Assembly: GCA_025594325.1 (NCBI GenBank)
Contig: JANHCV010000008.1
Location: 682,001-746,000 of the forward strand
Direction: 5' to 3'
DNA from: Blastocladiella emersonii ATCC 22665
Lineage: Eukaryota; Fungi; Blastocladiomycota
Length of the DNA stretch: 64,000 bases
Part shown: piece by piece, positions 42,694 to 55,089 of the stretch
Numbering within the stretch: the first letter of the stretch is position 1
How the letters are laid out: every line of letters begins with the position of its first letter
Notes under the pieces: model-generated
What the model was told of the DNA's origin: nothing
The model's input: only the letters and a program-made list of their open reading frames with translations
Database searches by the model: none
Translations under genes and position numbers: made by a program

Positions 42694-45686
42694 TCAGTTC
42701 GCGCGAGCGACACCACCAGCGCGCGACGCGGCCGTCGGACTGGGCGGCGCGCTGCTCGGCGGCGTGTACGGCATCGAGTACGAGAGCGCCGTGGGCATGT
42801 TGGAGAACTCCTCGACGTCGTTGTCGTCGCCCGCGGTCTGCTCCTCCTCGCCGACGGCGCGTGGCCCGCCCCAGGTCCGTTCCTGCAGCGTCCACAGCGC
42901 GTACCCGTAATAGATCATCTCGAGAATCTGGTTGGCGAAGATGTACGCGAAGAAGAAGATGAGCGACTTGAGGCGGCGCTGCCAGAGCGCCCAGAGCGTG
43001 AGCATGACCCAGATCAGCAGCGGAATGCCAGCGAGGAGGAGGATGTCAAAGGGTTTGAGCTGTTCGGGCGTCTCGATGATGATGAGGGTGGTCTCGACCA
43101 TGATAAGTAGAAGCATGCTTCCTCCGAGACGCATGATGGAGATGATGCGCAGCAGGACGAGCGCCGGGTACTTGACGAAGAACGCGGGCGTCGTGACCAT
43201 GTACAGCTCGTTGGTGAGCGACCCGAGGAGCCAGCGCCGGCGCTGCCGCAGCAGGTCGTAGAAGAGGTTGGGCGCCTCCGTCTTGGACACGGCGTCAGGC
43301 ACGAAGCCGATCTGGAACGGACCGAGGTACTCCATGGCGAGGTGGGTCAGGAACCGGTCCTCGCCGAGCTTGCGGCGGCAGAACTCAAAGGTCGAGTCGA
43401 CATCGGGCTGGTGGAAGTAGATCTTGGCCAGCTCGTGCATCGTCTCGTACTTGATCATGGTCAGCGCGCCGGGCAGGCAGGTGACACTGCCGAACGACGC
43501 CTCGACGTAGCGCATCGAGACCTGCATGAAGATGTACTCGGCCTGAATGATGACGAGCGAGTGATGGGGTGTGTGAGTGAGTGGCGAAGGGTGGAGGTGA
43601 TCGGGGTGGAGTAGTGCTGGTCGCGGCGCGCCACACGGTGAGGTGACTCACCGCTCTCGCGACGCTGCGGGGGCGAGCTGCGACACGCGAGCACCAAGCA
43701 CCGAGCACCGAATCCCAATGGACAGTAGAGAGTTCGTGCACTGGGTCGTGGGAATGAGTAGCGCGGAGGGTATGATGGGTCGAGCGCGGGCGGCGGTGGG
43801 CGAGCGGGCGAGGTGCCATGGCGTGGCCGCGCGAGAGAGTGTTGGGGGTGGGAGCACGAGGCGGCAAGGAGCGCAGCGTGTGAAGGGCGGGGATGAACCG
43901 CAAGGAGACGGAGGGAGATGTGTGTGGAGTGCACGAGGGTGCAGCTCGGCGGGCATCGCGAGTCGGCTGGTGCGCGGGATCGGCGAGCGGAGTCGAGCGA
44001 GCGCACTGGCGAGTAGGTAGCCGAGGCGATGACGAACGAGCGAGCAACGTACATCCTGCATCCGCTGGAGGAACGAGTTGGCGTGACCGTTGCGCGAGAC
44101 GATGAAGCCTGTACCGCGGGCGAGGGGTTAGTCCGTGCGCAAGCACGACCCGCATCGCGAAGCCGACGTACCGGTCGCGCACGCGCGCTTCTTGTGCACC
44201 TCGAAGTGGTCGACAAACTTGCGGACGGTCGAGGGCACGAGGGTCGTGTCCGAGTCGACGAACAGGAGCAGGGCGTCGCGCGGGTAGATGCCGGCGTTGA
44301 CGCGCTCCTCGACGAGCGCAAACATCTTGGCCTGGGTGTGCAGCTTGCCGCCGTGCTCGTAGCGGGCGACCGTGTACTTGATGTTGCGGTAGTCGATCTC
44401 GATGGCGCGCGGGTTGGCGTCGCGCTCCTCGTCGTCCGAGCCGCTGCTGCCGCCGCTGCCCGAGCGCGCCGACGTGGACGCGCCGAACCCGGACCCGGAC
44501 CCAGCGCGCACGTCGAGCGACGAGCGCGAAAAGTGCGCGATCTTGAGCAGCCCGTTGTACTTGTTCTTGCCCACGGCCGACGGCAGGTCGTCGTACAGCG
44601 GCAGCGCGCCGGTGGTCGTGTCCATCTCGGCGAGGTCGAACTCGGCGTCCTCGTCCATGGTGCTGGCGCGCGAGCGCGCGCGGAAGTTGGCGAGCAGGCC
44701 CGAGTTCGCGGCGGCGGCGGCAGGCGCCTCGTCGTAGCCCTGGACCATGCCGCCGTTGAGGATGCGCTCGATGGTGAACATGGTGGTCAGCGTCTTCTCG
44801 CTGTCGTCGTCGAAGCCGACAAGCACGTGGATCTTCTCGGGCGGGTAGTCGGACTCGGTGATGGCGTTGATGGTCGAGAGCAGGTTCGACAGGGGCTCCT
44901 GGTACGTGGGCACGAGGATGATCACCTCCTTGTCCCAGTCGTAGGCCTGCTTGCCGGGCTCGGCAGCCGCAGCAGCGCCGCCGTAGCCGGCCTCGGTGAT
45001 GGCGGCCGGGTGGGCGACGGCGGCATTCGAGCCGCGCAGGGCATCGGCCTGCTTCTTGCGCTGGGTCAGCTTGCGGTGCAGCAGGCGGTCGCGGGTGAAG
45101 ACGAAGGCGGTGCTGATGACCGAGAGGACGACGGGCGTGGCATAGATGACAAAGAAGATGATGAAGAGCGACTACGGGACGAGAGCGGGGTGCGTGCGTG
45201 AGCGAATGTCCTTCGTTCGAGTCGAGCCGCGAGAGAGCCGTTCGAGCGTACCTTGAGGCTGTCGGGCGAGAGCGGCTTCCAGTCAGTGCGCATCCACTCA
45301 GGCGCGACCTCCTTGGCCGAGATGAGCAGGAGGAACGAGAGCAGGAAGAAGACGATGAAGGCCGTGTAGACGATGGCGACGACGATGCACAGGAAGACGC
45401 GGGCGGGGCCCTCGCCCTGGTTGAAGGTCTGGACCGAGCCGACCTGGCCCTCCTTGAGGGCGACCTGGGCAATGCCGTAGAAGGACCACTGGACGAGAAG
45501 ACGGCGGGCGGAGGTCAGCGAGCGGCCGAGCAGCGAGCGGTCCGTGAGCAGCGCACGTACGAGGTGCATGCCGACGTGCAGCATCACGAAGGCCGTCGTG
45601 GTGACGGCGACACCCACGATCATGACCTGCAGCAGGTCATCGGTCCACGACCACGTCGTGAGGTTGCGGTCCTTGTAGTTGACCAT
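42694..45686 (-). CDS. CHS: Chitin synthase, class VI/ChsD-like; 4 exons (45686-45252, 45171-44172, 44108-44053, 43542-42694), 779 aa
   Basis: FVDSDT, QD|AEY, VTCLPG, LGEDRFLTHL and LRQRRRW motifs; GT-AG splicing gives 2340 nt in frame. Confidence 0.9.
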
Positions 45687-47167
45687 GGCGGAGCGGTGGT
45701 GATGGCGGGTTCGGGGGCGAGTCGCAGCGGCGGCAGGTGCAGTCGTGCGCGAGCGAGCGAGCGGTCGGGCCGAGGAGGGCGGCGGTGGGCGACGGTGGTC
45801 GAAGGAGAATTCGGCGACCGGGCGAGCAAGCGAGCGAGCGAGCGAGCGACTAGCGAGGCAGGCGAGGAAGGGGGAGAGAGCGGAAGCGGATCAGGGCCGG
45901 GCGGGCGAGTGCGTGGGGGCTGCCGCGGGCCCAGGTTTGGTTTGCACCGGTTCGAGGGGAAAGTCTAAGTGCGCATTCCTTCGGGCCGCGAAGCACGAAA
46001 AATGAGACGTCAGATTGGGGCTTGCCGCCAGCGACGAGCCGGCGGGATCCGGCCCCGTCAGCAGCCGCGCGCGATAAGGCGACGTCGCCCTCGCCCTCGC
46101 CCGCGGTGGTCGCCAACAGCCTCAAGTCGTGCGGTGGTCAACACAGCGCGCACGTACAGCATGACGGTGTACAGCGGCCGCGGCGTCTAGCGGGCACCGA
46201 CGGCGACCACCACACGAGCCGCTCCCGTCGCGTCCGCACGGCGGCGGCGCACTCGCAGCGGGCGACCGTGCGCGGTGGAACGCCGCAGCACCAAGCAGCG
46301 AAAGCGGCGGCGAAAGCGGACGGCGGCATGGGGCGAAAGCCCTGAAACGGCGCGTGGGCCCGGTGCGGTGGAATTCCCGTCCCTGGCAGCGCGTCACGGG
46401 GGCAGCCACGTCCGGTTGCATCACCGCCGCGCGAGCCGTTTCAGCCTTGGCCGCGTTTTAGGCAATCGAGAGCGCGTCCGTGCCGCTGCGCCACCCCGAC
46501 ACGCGTTCGCTCCCCGATCGGTGCCGCTTGCCTTCAGGCCGGCGCGCGCCGTCGAGTGACCGTCCGCGTGGGCCCTTGCCCGATCGAGCACACGGCCCGT
46601 GGCGCCACCGCACTCACCGCAACGAGAAGACCATCGCGTGCAGTGGCGCAGCTGGTCATGGCCGAGCAGCGCCGTCTGGAGCGTGCCCACGGCCCACGTT
46701 GGCCAGGTCTGCTCACGGGCGGCGCTCGACGGAGTCGCTCACGCGTCCGATGCGATGGGCAGCCGGCTCGACGCCCTTTCCGCGCAAGCGTGCGAGCCCA
46801 AATGGAAAACTCTATCAGTCTGCCCTGTCCATCGACGCGACGTGGCGGCACATCGGTACTCGCTAGCGTCGCTGTTGCTCCGATGTGCAATCGAGTGAAG
46901 CGACAGTGATGATGTGCGAGTCTACCCACTGTCTCGGCCGCGACGTACGCTCGCGTGCGCGCGCAAGGCGGTCCTTGGTGCGGTCCAGTGTCGACCAGCC
47001 GCCGCCATCGGTGAGTGTCGCGTCGGACCGGGCAGGCGCGAGACACGCGAGAGACATTTGCGCGTGTGTGCCACCTGATGTGATCGAACCGCTTTCCGAA
47101 AGTTGAAGTCGCGCGCGCGTTTCGCGCCACCGCCTGCTCTCCGTAACCTCACCTCACGCGCAAGCAA

Positions 47168-47947
47168 ATGAAGGAGCCCAAGGTTGACACTTGCTGCAAA
47201 CATGCCTTCTCGACGACTACCACGCGCTCACTGTCTCGCGAACCAGGCTTGTCCGCCGTTGGTTTGGCAGCGGCAGTAGTCACGCGCGCTGAACGCGGCG
47301 TCGAATCCGCGCTCGTCAGACTCCTGAACGCTCGCATCAGCTCGATCCGCACAAATCTCTTGGATCGGCTTGCAGCCACGACTCCACAGCTCCCGACTCA
47401 ACCCGTCAATCCGGTCGGTCCGAACGCTCTCGCTCAAATGGACTCAATTCTCACCGCGCTCGACGCCGAGAACATCCCGCCCGGCCGCCTCGCCGAGGCC
47501 CTGATCCTAGCGCACCCCCGTATCCACAAACTAATGTACCGAGTGTACGCGGTTGCCTTGAACCCGACCATGTCCGACGCGGACGCGCGTGCAGCAGTGC
47601 GCGACCAGTCCACGAGGCGGAGCAAGGTGCTTCTCGCCAAGTGGCTGGCGCTTGGAAAGAACCGTGCGTCGCGGCTCGATATCCCTGACCTGTTCGCCAG
47701 GCTCACGCTGGCCATGCGCGACACGGGGTAACTGGACCACGAGCGCTTGTGACTTACGCACGTGAAGCAGCTGGTCGCCGATGGGCTCGTCAGCCGGACC
47801 GATTGCCCTGACCCCGCGCGGTACATCCACGACCCAAACTGCACCGTCAACGAGATGCTTCGCGCGATGTGGCCCCACGGCCGCGCCCATCACGACTTGA
47901 AGCCGATGGGGTTCAAGAAGCGAGGGCATGGGAGAAAGGGAAAGTAG
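47168..47947 (+). pseudogene. Compact Gag-like superfamily member F (no RS tract) with two in-frame stops
   Basis: LAEALILAHPRI..MYRVYAVALNPTMSDADAR core; TAA at 47729 and TGA at 47750, then VKQLVADGL continues in frame. Confidence 0.65.
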
Positions 47948-48520
47948 TCGCGTGTACGCGCTCGCTGATGTAGCCCGACGCTTGCGCAGGTTGCTCGATG
48001 AGTTGACGCTTGATCGTGGTCGGCGAACGTTGGCCTGCTGTGCGGCGACTGCCGCGCACCTGCTACCGCGGAACCTGCTTCGTGACCGTTTCCTCCCCTC
48101 GATAATACACTCTGATCTCGTTGCGAACGATCCCTGACCGTGCAGTAGCTCGCTGCGCTGAACCGATCTGAGGCCGCGTGAAGCCGGTGCGTCACAAGGC
48201 GGGACACGCGCCTCGAGCGCGGGCCGCGCTTCTGATTCTCAAGATCTACATGCGACCGCGTAATTCTCTGTACATTTCTTCAAAGCTATGGTTGCACCGA
48301 GTGTCCGGCCACTGGACGATTGTTGAGCACGCTATGAGCGACGCGACTGCCTGTCACTCCAATCGCGACGTGCCGTGATGCATCATATCTAACGGGGAAT
48401 CCGGGAGTCAATTTGTCAGCGTTGAGCGGGGAATTCTGGCACCGCCATCCCTAGTACTTGGCGCGAATACTAAAACACACACACTTACAATTGTTATTCA
48501 AAGACGCGTCTATGCTTTCA

Positions 48521-50162
48521 TCACGGATTCCCTCCATCCATCGCCGCAGCGCCGACCCCGTCCCAAACTTTGCGAATCGCGCGCACCTGGATGTCCGGAG
48601 GAAGGCGGAGCAGATGGATCAGCGCATGCCGGCTCTGCTGTAAGAACGAGGAGATCTCGGGACTGGTCCCGCGCGGGATCCGCGTGTCAAAGAGCTTGTC
48701 GATTCACTTGGTGGTCAGATCGAGGTACGCGTCGTCGGGCGCATCTTCAGGAGGCGCTGAGGGGACGTTGAGGCCAAAGATATGAATCGCCGTCACGAGA
48801 TACCGGGCCAGCACTTGAGGTTGGCGGAGCAGCGGGCAGTCCATGCTCTTGTGGTCTGGATCGACGCTGCCGCCGCCAGCGCCATCGGCTGCGTTCTCTG
48901 GGTGACAGAAGAAGCCGCAGCGTGGCGAGAACATGCGAGGGATCCGGAACGAAGCGGGAACGCGCGGCGACATGGACGCCAGAAGCGGGTGGGCAGGTGC
49001 CGAAGATGATGCCGCTGTAGCCTCGAGATTGAGCCGTGTGAAAGTGTCCACGATATCCTTGAGCGAGTACTGCGGCTTGAAAAGAACTTCGTGGAGCGCG
49101 TCACCGCTCCACCGCAATCCGTGGTAAATCTTGCCAGCGAATACGCGTTTGACCTGGTGCTCTCGCTCCACGGCGTGCGTGACAGGCCTGACCTCGCCGA
49201 GAAGAGCCACAAAATCGCGATAGAAATCGTGGATCGCGTCGGGCGAGGGGGGCTCGAGGTCGAGCCACCGTTCGACCCACGTGCGGTTCCAGCTCGGATC
49301 GCAAACCTTGACGAAAACGCGCGCCGCCTCGTCGTCCGACATGTCCTCGTGCAAGAGCACGGCATAGACCCGAAACGTGGCGTGCGGGACCTGCAGTCGG
49401 GCACCGAGGAGCGCACGGGCGAGGTTCACCTCGGGCACAACCGAGTGAAGACGGTAGAGAAACTCGCGTGGATGGTGGATGCTGACCGAATTATCGATCC
49501 GCTGAACGCGGAAGGAGATGCCCGATCGTTTGATTCGCCGGAATACATCGCTGTCCGAAAGGAGTTTCAAGCGGCGCGGTTTCGGTGGCGGATCGTAAGT
49601 GTCAATCCACTCAAAAGACGTTGATCGGCTGTGACTGCGGGATTGTCTGATCGGCGAGCGGATAGGTGGCCGATAACTGCGGCGGGGAGATCCAGATCGA
49701 GAGCAAGAGCCAGGACCCGCGCGAGGTGGAGAGCGGGATGGCGATTGAGAGCGAGAGCCAGGACGCTCGCGAGGAGGAGAGCGGGACCGCGAGCGAGAGC
49801 GCTGGTGGCCCGCACCACGCAATGGGGACGCGCAAACAGCAAGCCGAGGCTCCCGAGCATGCAAGTCCATGGCGCGCTCAATCAAACCGAGCAGACCCTC
49901 GACTGACTGCAACGAGGATCCCACGGCCAAGAGCACCCCTGGGACGGGGCATGAAGTATGCGCCGTCGAGCGCCCTAGCAGAATCAAGTGACATAGCTCA
50001 AGACGACGAGCCATGACGACGAGGGTGGCATCGTGTTGGCTGGCGCAGCGAGTCTGGATGGTCGGGCAAGCGGCCCGATTTCAAGGCCGCCGCGACGCGG
50101 GGCTCTGCATCGGCCAGCAAGGATTCATTCGCGTGATCATGTATGTTGCATAGAGTCATCAT
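48521..50162 (-). pseudogene. RS-rich Gag-like superfamily B2, with a 2-nt deletion near 50038 and TGG>TGA at 48704-48706
   Basis: Paralog of B1; reading resumes after the stop (IDKLFDTRIPRG) to TGA at 48521. Confidence 0.75.
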
Positions 50163-51532
50163 TGTGCGTTACATGGTCTCGGGGAGGAGTGGGGAGAATC
50201 AGCGGCATCGCCCGACGCGCGGCAAACTCGACGCCGTCCTGCCGTCGCCCTCGATGCACCCTCTCCTTCCCACAACAAACCAAGAGACAACAAGAGGACA
50301 TGTAACAACCGTTTGCATCACTATGCATCAACCTTCTTCGTCTTACGCGCGTCGACCCGGCCGATCGCGAGCTGGAGCGCCGCGCCGGCCGTGAGCCCTT
50401 CAGGCGCGCTCTCCATGGCGTACAACAGCTCAAGCATGCGGTGGATCCGCTTCGCGCGCCGCTTGTCGGACCCGATCCGCGCCATCCCGCGCAGTCCGGC
50501 GTACGCAACCCAGTGCTCGCGCGTCTTGCACGACGGCTTGAGCTTCCGCGCGAGATCGAGCACGCAGTCGACGAGCGCCTTGTCCGTCTTTCCCGGCGGC
50601 GGTCGTGGCGGCGGCGTCCCAACGGGTGGCCGCGCCGGCTGAGGCAGCGAGCGGAACGCGGTGTGGATCACCATGGCCATGTTCTGCGAGTTGGCCAGGC
50701 GTTGACACACCTTGGCGTCGTGCTGCTTGACGCGCGGCGGCGAACGTGGAAGCGGGCGCTCGGTGAGCAGCGCGTAGCAGTAGAGGCACTTGACGTCGCG
50801 AGCGGCGGACGCGGTTGGACTGGGCGAGCAGCTACCCGGCGAGCGTCTGCGCGGCGAGGTTTCGGGCGACGGCAGCTGCTGCGGCTGGACGCGCTCCAGC
50901 GGCTGCGCGCCGCGCAACGGCGTCGCGGCGCTGCTTGGCGCTACCGACTCGCGCGGCGGCAAAGTGGAAACGGTCAGTGAGGCCATTGTGGCACCGTGCG
51001 CGGGTGGTGCCGCGTCGCCGAACGCGCGATGCTGCGCTTGCACGGCGTTGAACAGTACAAACGAGTCGGCCATCATGGACGCCGCCTGGAGCGAGGCGCC
51101 AGGCGTGATCCGCGACTGCAACGCGGTCTGCATCAGCTGAAGCCGCGCGTTCATCACGTTGAGAGCGGCAACCGACTGCTCGCTCGCGACGGACCGGCGT
51201 GAGGGGCTTGGTGTCGGCGAGGAGGTCGGCGTGGTATATCCGTTCGGTTGCGCAATCTTCAGAGTGTTCATGGTTACGGTCGAATTCATTGCGTGATGTG
51301 GGAGGAGAGAGGGAGAGAGGAAGCTAGCGTCTTCACGGAGAATTTGACCTCTGCTGGACAGCGAGCGACCTTACTGTGCGGCGGTGCCCTTGCCACTTTA
51401 CCGTACCTGGACACGCACCGCACACCGCAAAACAGGAAGGATCGGCTCGTCCGCCGCGTCAGAAGCCTCACCGCACATCACATGGGACCTGCATCGAGCT
51501 GCAGCAAGCTCACGGCGCACGTGCAGAAGAGC
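50039..51532 (-). repeat. Right arm of the 1.5-kb inverted duplication
   Basis: Reverse complement of 18374-19867. Confidence 0.9.
50321..51289 (-). CDS. Superfamily member E2, identical to E1
   Basis: Identical 322-aa translation. Confidence 0.65.
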   Translation of the reverse strand: MNSTVTMNTLKIAQPNGYTTPTSSPTPSPSRRSVASEQSVAALNVMNARLQLMQTALQSRITPGASLQAASMMADSFVLFNAVQAQHRAFGDAAPPAHGATMASLTVSTLPPRESVAPSSAATPLRGAQPLERVQPQQLPSPETSPRRRSPGSCSPSPTASAARDVKCLYCYALLTERPLPRSPPRVKQHDAKVCQRLANSQNMAMVIHTAFRSLPQPARPPVGTPPPRPPPGKTDKALVDCVLDLARKLKPSCKTREHWVAYAGLRGMARIGSDKRRAKRIHRMLELLYAMESAPEGLTAGAALQLAIGRVDARKTKKVDA

Positions 51533-51691
51533 GGCGCGCTCGGACCACGACCTTGGACCCACTCTCACGCGCCGAGGATCATCGTTATGGTCATTCCTTT
51601 CGTCACTGAATGGGATCGACAACGTAGCGCAACAAGTTTACATTGTCCGAGCTGATACATGCGCAAAAGAACATAGAACGAAGCCACGTCC

Positions 51692-53575
51692 TCACGCGTC
51701 GCTGTACATGCGGTCCGAAAGTCGCGACCTGCGCGCGGGCTTGCCTTCCGCCGGATCCATGGCAAGAACCACCCGCTGCATTGGCAGTTCGGGCGCGGTC
51801 TGCGATGACGAAGGCTGCGCGGGAGGTTCAATGGCAGGCCCCAAGTCCGCCGCAGGAGCGATTGAAGGATTTGACAGCCTGAATTCGGCTCGAGCGGGCG
51901 TGGGTCGGCGGCGAGGATCGACTGCACGCCGGGGCGCGCTGACTAGTTCAACAGACTCGTGCGCAGCGGGCACCGTGTCACAAGTCGTTCGAGAAGCCGA
52001 CCGAGCTGAAGAAGTATCGGTTGGGTGAGGCGGGCTCGACGGAGCAGCTATCTGGCGACGGATCTTTGCGCCGCGAATGCGTCTTGAGACCCGCTCGGTT
52101 TCAGGCACGGGGCTGGGTTTGAGTGGGCAAACCAAGTGGCCGTACTGCTCCACCACGGCGTCAAGCGTGTACTTGTTGAGGTACGCCATTTCCGTAATCG
52201 GGTCCGCCGCGTGGCCGATCGAGTAAAAGACCTTGTCCGCAAAGATTTGCTTAAGCTCTCGGGATCCCCGGCGCGCCGCTGTAACCTTGATCACTTCCTC
52301 TACGATCTCGATAAACCGCGGGAAGAACTCGCGCACCGACTCGCCGGGCCGGAGCTTGAGCGCGTGCCAGCGCTTGACCCAGTCGGGCCGCCAGTTCGGG
52401 TCAGTCACGTCGAGAAAGAGCTTGCGCGCCTGGTTATCGCTCATTGCCTGGTCCAAAAAGAGGGCGTACACCGAGAAGAGTTCGGGCGTTACGTTCGAGC
52501 GCGCGGTGAGAAGCGAGCCGGCAAGCATATTTGGCATTGGAGCGACTTGTTCGAGGTCCTCGAGGAACTCGCGCACTGCCTTCGGGTGGGTGGTGCGCAG
52601 TATGGAGACTCGATGTCGAATCGCCTTGAACAGCCGCGGGTCGTAGGCGCAGGGTATCCCGGGTGGGCTAGGCGAGCGCCGCGACGGTCGTGGCGAGCGG
52701 GAGCGAGAGCGTGGGCGGCTTCGGATGTGAGGCGAGCGAGAGCGGGAGCGGGACCGCCTGCGTGTATTTGACTTTGAACGTTTGCGGGTGCGTGAGAGAG
52801 AATGAGAGCGAGAGCGCAACCGCTTTCGTGAGCGCGAGCGCGGCCGGGATCGCGAACGTTTGCGAGTCCGTGAGTGAGAGCGTGAACGGGATCGCCGGCG
52901 TGACCGGGATGGAGAACGAGTTCGAGGTCGAGGAGCACGTTTGAGCGGCAGTTTCGGGGGAGAGCGAGACCGGTGACGCTGGCGTGAAGTCGGGGCTGGT
53001 TCTGAGCGCTTGCGCGAGCGAGATCTGGAACGGGGCCGGTCGCTACGCTTTCGAGAGCGCAATCGTGGCTCGCGATCCGGTTTCCCCGCGAGTTTGCGCG
53101 GAGATCTAGAGCGATTTTTGGGCATAGGCTTGGCAGCTCGCTCCAACGGTAAGCTCGACACGGCGGCTGCTGATGGAGTAGGCACACGGAGAAGCGAAGT
53201 TGGAGTGAGACGAGGCGACGGTGGCCGCGTGCACAAGCCGGTTGCAGTGGAACTGCGCTCGCTGGGCCTACTTGGACAAAGGCGGGATAGCGGGCTCAAT
53301 ATGGGCTCCCTAAACCGATCCCGGAGCAGTTCCAGGTCCGCGATTTCGTTCAAAGCCTTGCGTGAGCGGAGCGACACGTCTAACTCAGCGCCCACCGTGC
53401 TGCGAGCGGCGAGAGCGGTGCGTATCACGGACACTCGAAGCTCCATTAGTCGGTACAAGACGGTTTCGAGAAGCGCTCGACGGTCCGCCTCGCTATCCGG
53501 AACGCAAGTCGTATGAACATAACGGGCAAGAAGCGCGGCCGCGCCAGGGGCATCCATGGGTCTATCCGATTTCAT
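51692..53575 (-). CDS. RS-rich Gag-like superfamily C1 (ORF 627 aa; probably continues after an intron)
   Basis: Core MLAGSLLTARSNV...RWHALKLRPGESVREFFPRF; ORF ends SRLSDRMYSDA at GC|GTGAGG. Confidence 0.72.
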   Translation of the reverse strand: MKSDRPMDAPGAAALLARYVHTTCVPDSEADRRALLETVLYRLMELRVSVIRTALAARSTVGAELDVSLRSRKALNEIADLELLRDRFREPILSPLSRLCPSRPSERSSTATGLCTRPPSPRLTPTSLLRVPTPSAAAVSSLPLERAAKPMPKNRSRSPRKLAGKPDREPRLRSRKRSDRPRSRSRSRKRSEPAPTSRQRHRSRSPPKLPLKRAPRPRTRSPSRSRRRSRSRSHSRTRKRSRSRPRSRSRKRLRSRSHSLSRTRKRSKSNTRRRSRSRSRSPHIRSRPRSRSRSPRPSRRSPSPPGIPCAYDPRLFKAIRHRVSILRTTHPKAVREFLEDLEQVAPMPNMLAGSLLTARSNVTPELFSVYALFLDQAMSDNQARKLFLDVTDPNWRPDWVKRWHALKLRPGESVREFFPRFIEIVEEVIKVTAARRGSRELKQIFADKVFYSIGHAADPITEMAYLNKYTLDAVVEQYGHLVCPLKPSPVPETERVSRRIRGAKIRRQIAAPSSPPHPTDTSSARSASRTTCDTVPAAHESVELVSAPRRAVDPRRRPTPARAEFRLSNPSIAPAADLGPAIEPPAQPSSSQTAPELPMQRVVLAMDPAEGKPARRSRLSDRMYSDA

Positions 53576-53923
53576 TGCACCAAGTGGATTGAGGCAGGAT
53601 CAGAGGGTTTGCAGCGTTGGGGGAGTAAACGCCGGGGCGGAGCGCGCGTGCGGGCCGGCCAAGCCGTTTCATGTCGACCAGGGGGACTTAGCCCCCCTGA
53701 TGTCGACCGCCCGGAGCGCGTGACGAAAACGCGTCTCGCGTCCAATCGGAGACACGGCGCGCGAGACGAACCATGTCTCTCCCTCAGCGCGTGCTGCCTC
53801 TCGTAGGGATTAACTCTTGACAGTTTGACCGAGTGTCTCACCATGACTGCACTTTTCGGACTTCAAATCAGGGCGGCAACCGCCAGCGTCCTTGTACTCT
53901 TTACTCCGCGCACAAGGCACCAA

Positions 53924-54958
53924 TCAACTCGACCGTTCAGCGATACACCGCCGAATAGCCACCACGAGCTCGCGCATCGCCTGCTCGCGCACCTCGGTCG
54001 GTGGGAGCTGGTCCATGGCCATGATCACGTCGCGGCCGCGCACAATGTCATTTGCTCGATCCGTGTCTGTAACCTTTAAAAACTGAGCGCGGGCTTCCTC
54101 GAACCGGCTGAACCAGTCGCGCATGCGGATGAAGATCTTTTTGGTGGGCTGTTTGAGGGCAAACTTGCCGTCGATGCTGATACGCGCTGCTGCGAGTGCG
54201 CGAACGATGGCAACCGCATTCTCCCTTGGAGCGCGGAGGCGAAGACAACCGGAGGTCGAGTGGGCGTGCGCGTCGGGGCGGAGGGTCGAGATTGAATTGC
54301 AGAAGGTGCAGCGTGTGCCGGATCCGTTGGTGCGCGAAGTCCGTCGCGACGCATGAAGTACAGATGCGGGCCTCGACGATGATGAGGGAGCTGTCGCTGC
54401 AGATGGTGCGGCATGAGGGGAAGCGGCAGGAGCGGGCTCAGAGTCCGGGTTTGGCCGATCGCGTCGATAGGATCGAGGTGGGCTGCGAGAGCGTGATCGT
54501 GCGCGAGGAATGACTTTCTCGCGTTCTCGCGACCGCGAGCGAGGTTGTGCGCTCGATTGAACGCGAAACTGCAGGGGCGCGTTGCTGAATGTAAGACCGT
54601 TTGGGTACAACGCTGATCGCGGCGAGGCAGCGGCGGTCCACCCACATGGCGCATGCTCTTTAACGATTTGACCTGGTTCAAGCATGGCTTGCTCAAGCCG
54701 TCCGCAAAGCCGCTCGAGCTCTGCAATCTCCGCTGAAAGCGCGTGCTCTTGCCCTTGCACTGCTGACCCCGAATTGTCCCCAGTTCGAGAGCCAAGCACC
54801 ACGTGCAACAATCGCAGGCGAAGCTCCATCAAAGTGCAAAGTACGCTACTGAGCAAAGTCAGCCGTTCCGCCTCAGTGGCGGGCAGCTGGACCGGCAAGC
54901 CATGATGCGCAAGAAGTTCGGCCGCGTCGATAGCGTCCATGGTGTTGTCTAGTTTCAT
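53924..54958 (-). CDS. Superfamily D1: N-terminal bundle, short RS tract and CTFC-X11-H-X4-C knuckle; Gag-like core deleted; 344 aa
   Basis: Paralog of D2 lacking the central core. Confidence 0.68.
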   Translation of the reverse strand: MKLDNTMDAIDAAELLAHHGLPVQLPATEAERLTLLSSVLCTLMELRLRLLHVVLGSRTGDNSGSAVQGQEHALSAEIAELERLCGRLEQAMLEPGQIVKEHAPCGWTAAASPRSALYPNGLTFSNAPLQFRVQSSAQPRSRSREREKVIPRARSRSRSPPRSYRRDRPNPDSEPAPAASPHAAPSAATAPSSSSRPASVLHASRRTSRTNGSGTRCTFCNSISTLRPDAHAHSTSGCLRLRAPRENAVAIVRALAAARISIDGKFALKQPTKKIFIRMRDWFSRFEEARAQFLKVTDTDRANDIVRGRDVIMAMDQLPPTEVREQAMRELVVAIRRCIAERSS

Positions 54959-55068
54959 TGCAGAGAGTGTGGATGAAAGTCAGCCCATGCCTTCGACGGG
55001 TGCTAGAGTCGGGAGCCGGGAAGCGAGAGCACGCGCGACATCGTGCGTCCGCTTCGTGTGGCGTTCAA

Positions 55069-55089
55069 TCACATGATTTTCGAACGCGT
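55069..55089 (-). promoter_or_regulatory. Shared upstream motif ACGCGT-N6-ATCATGTGA (gene D1)
   Basis: 110 bp before the ATG at 54958. Confidence 0.6.

Noticed and set aside
18374-51532. Giant transposon bounded by 1.5-kb TIRs
   Set aside because: No TSD; the arms consist of gene sequence whose homology decays on both sides; no dedicated transposase; better explained as duplication or conversion
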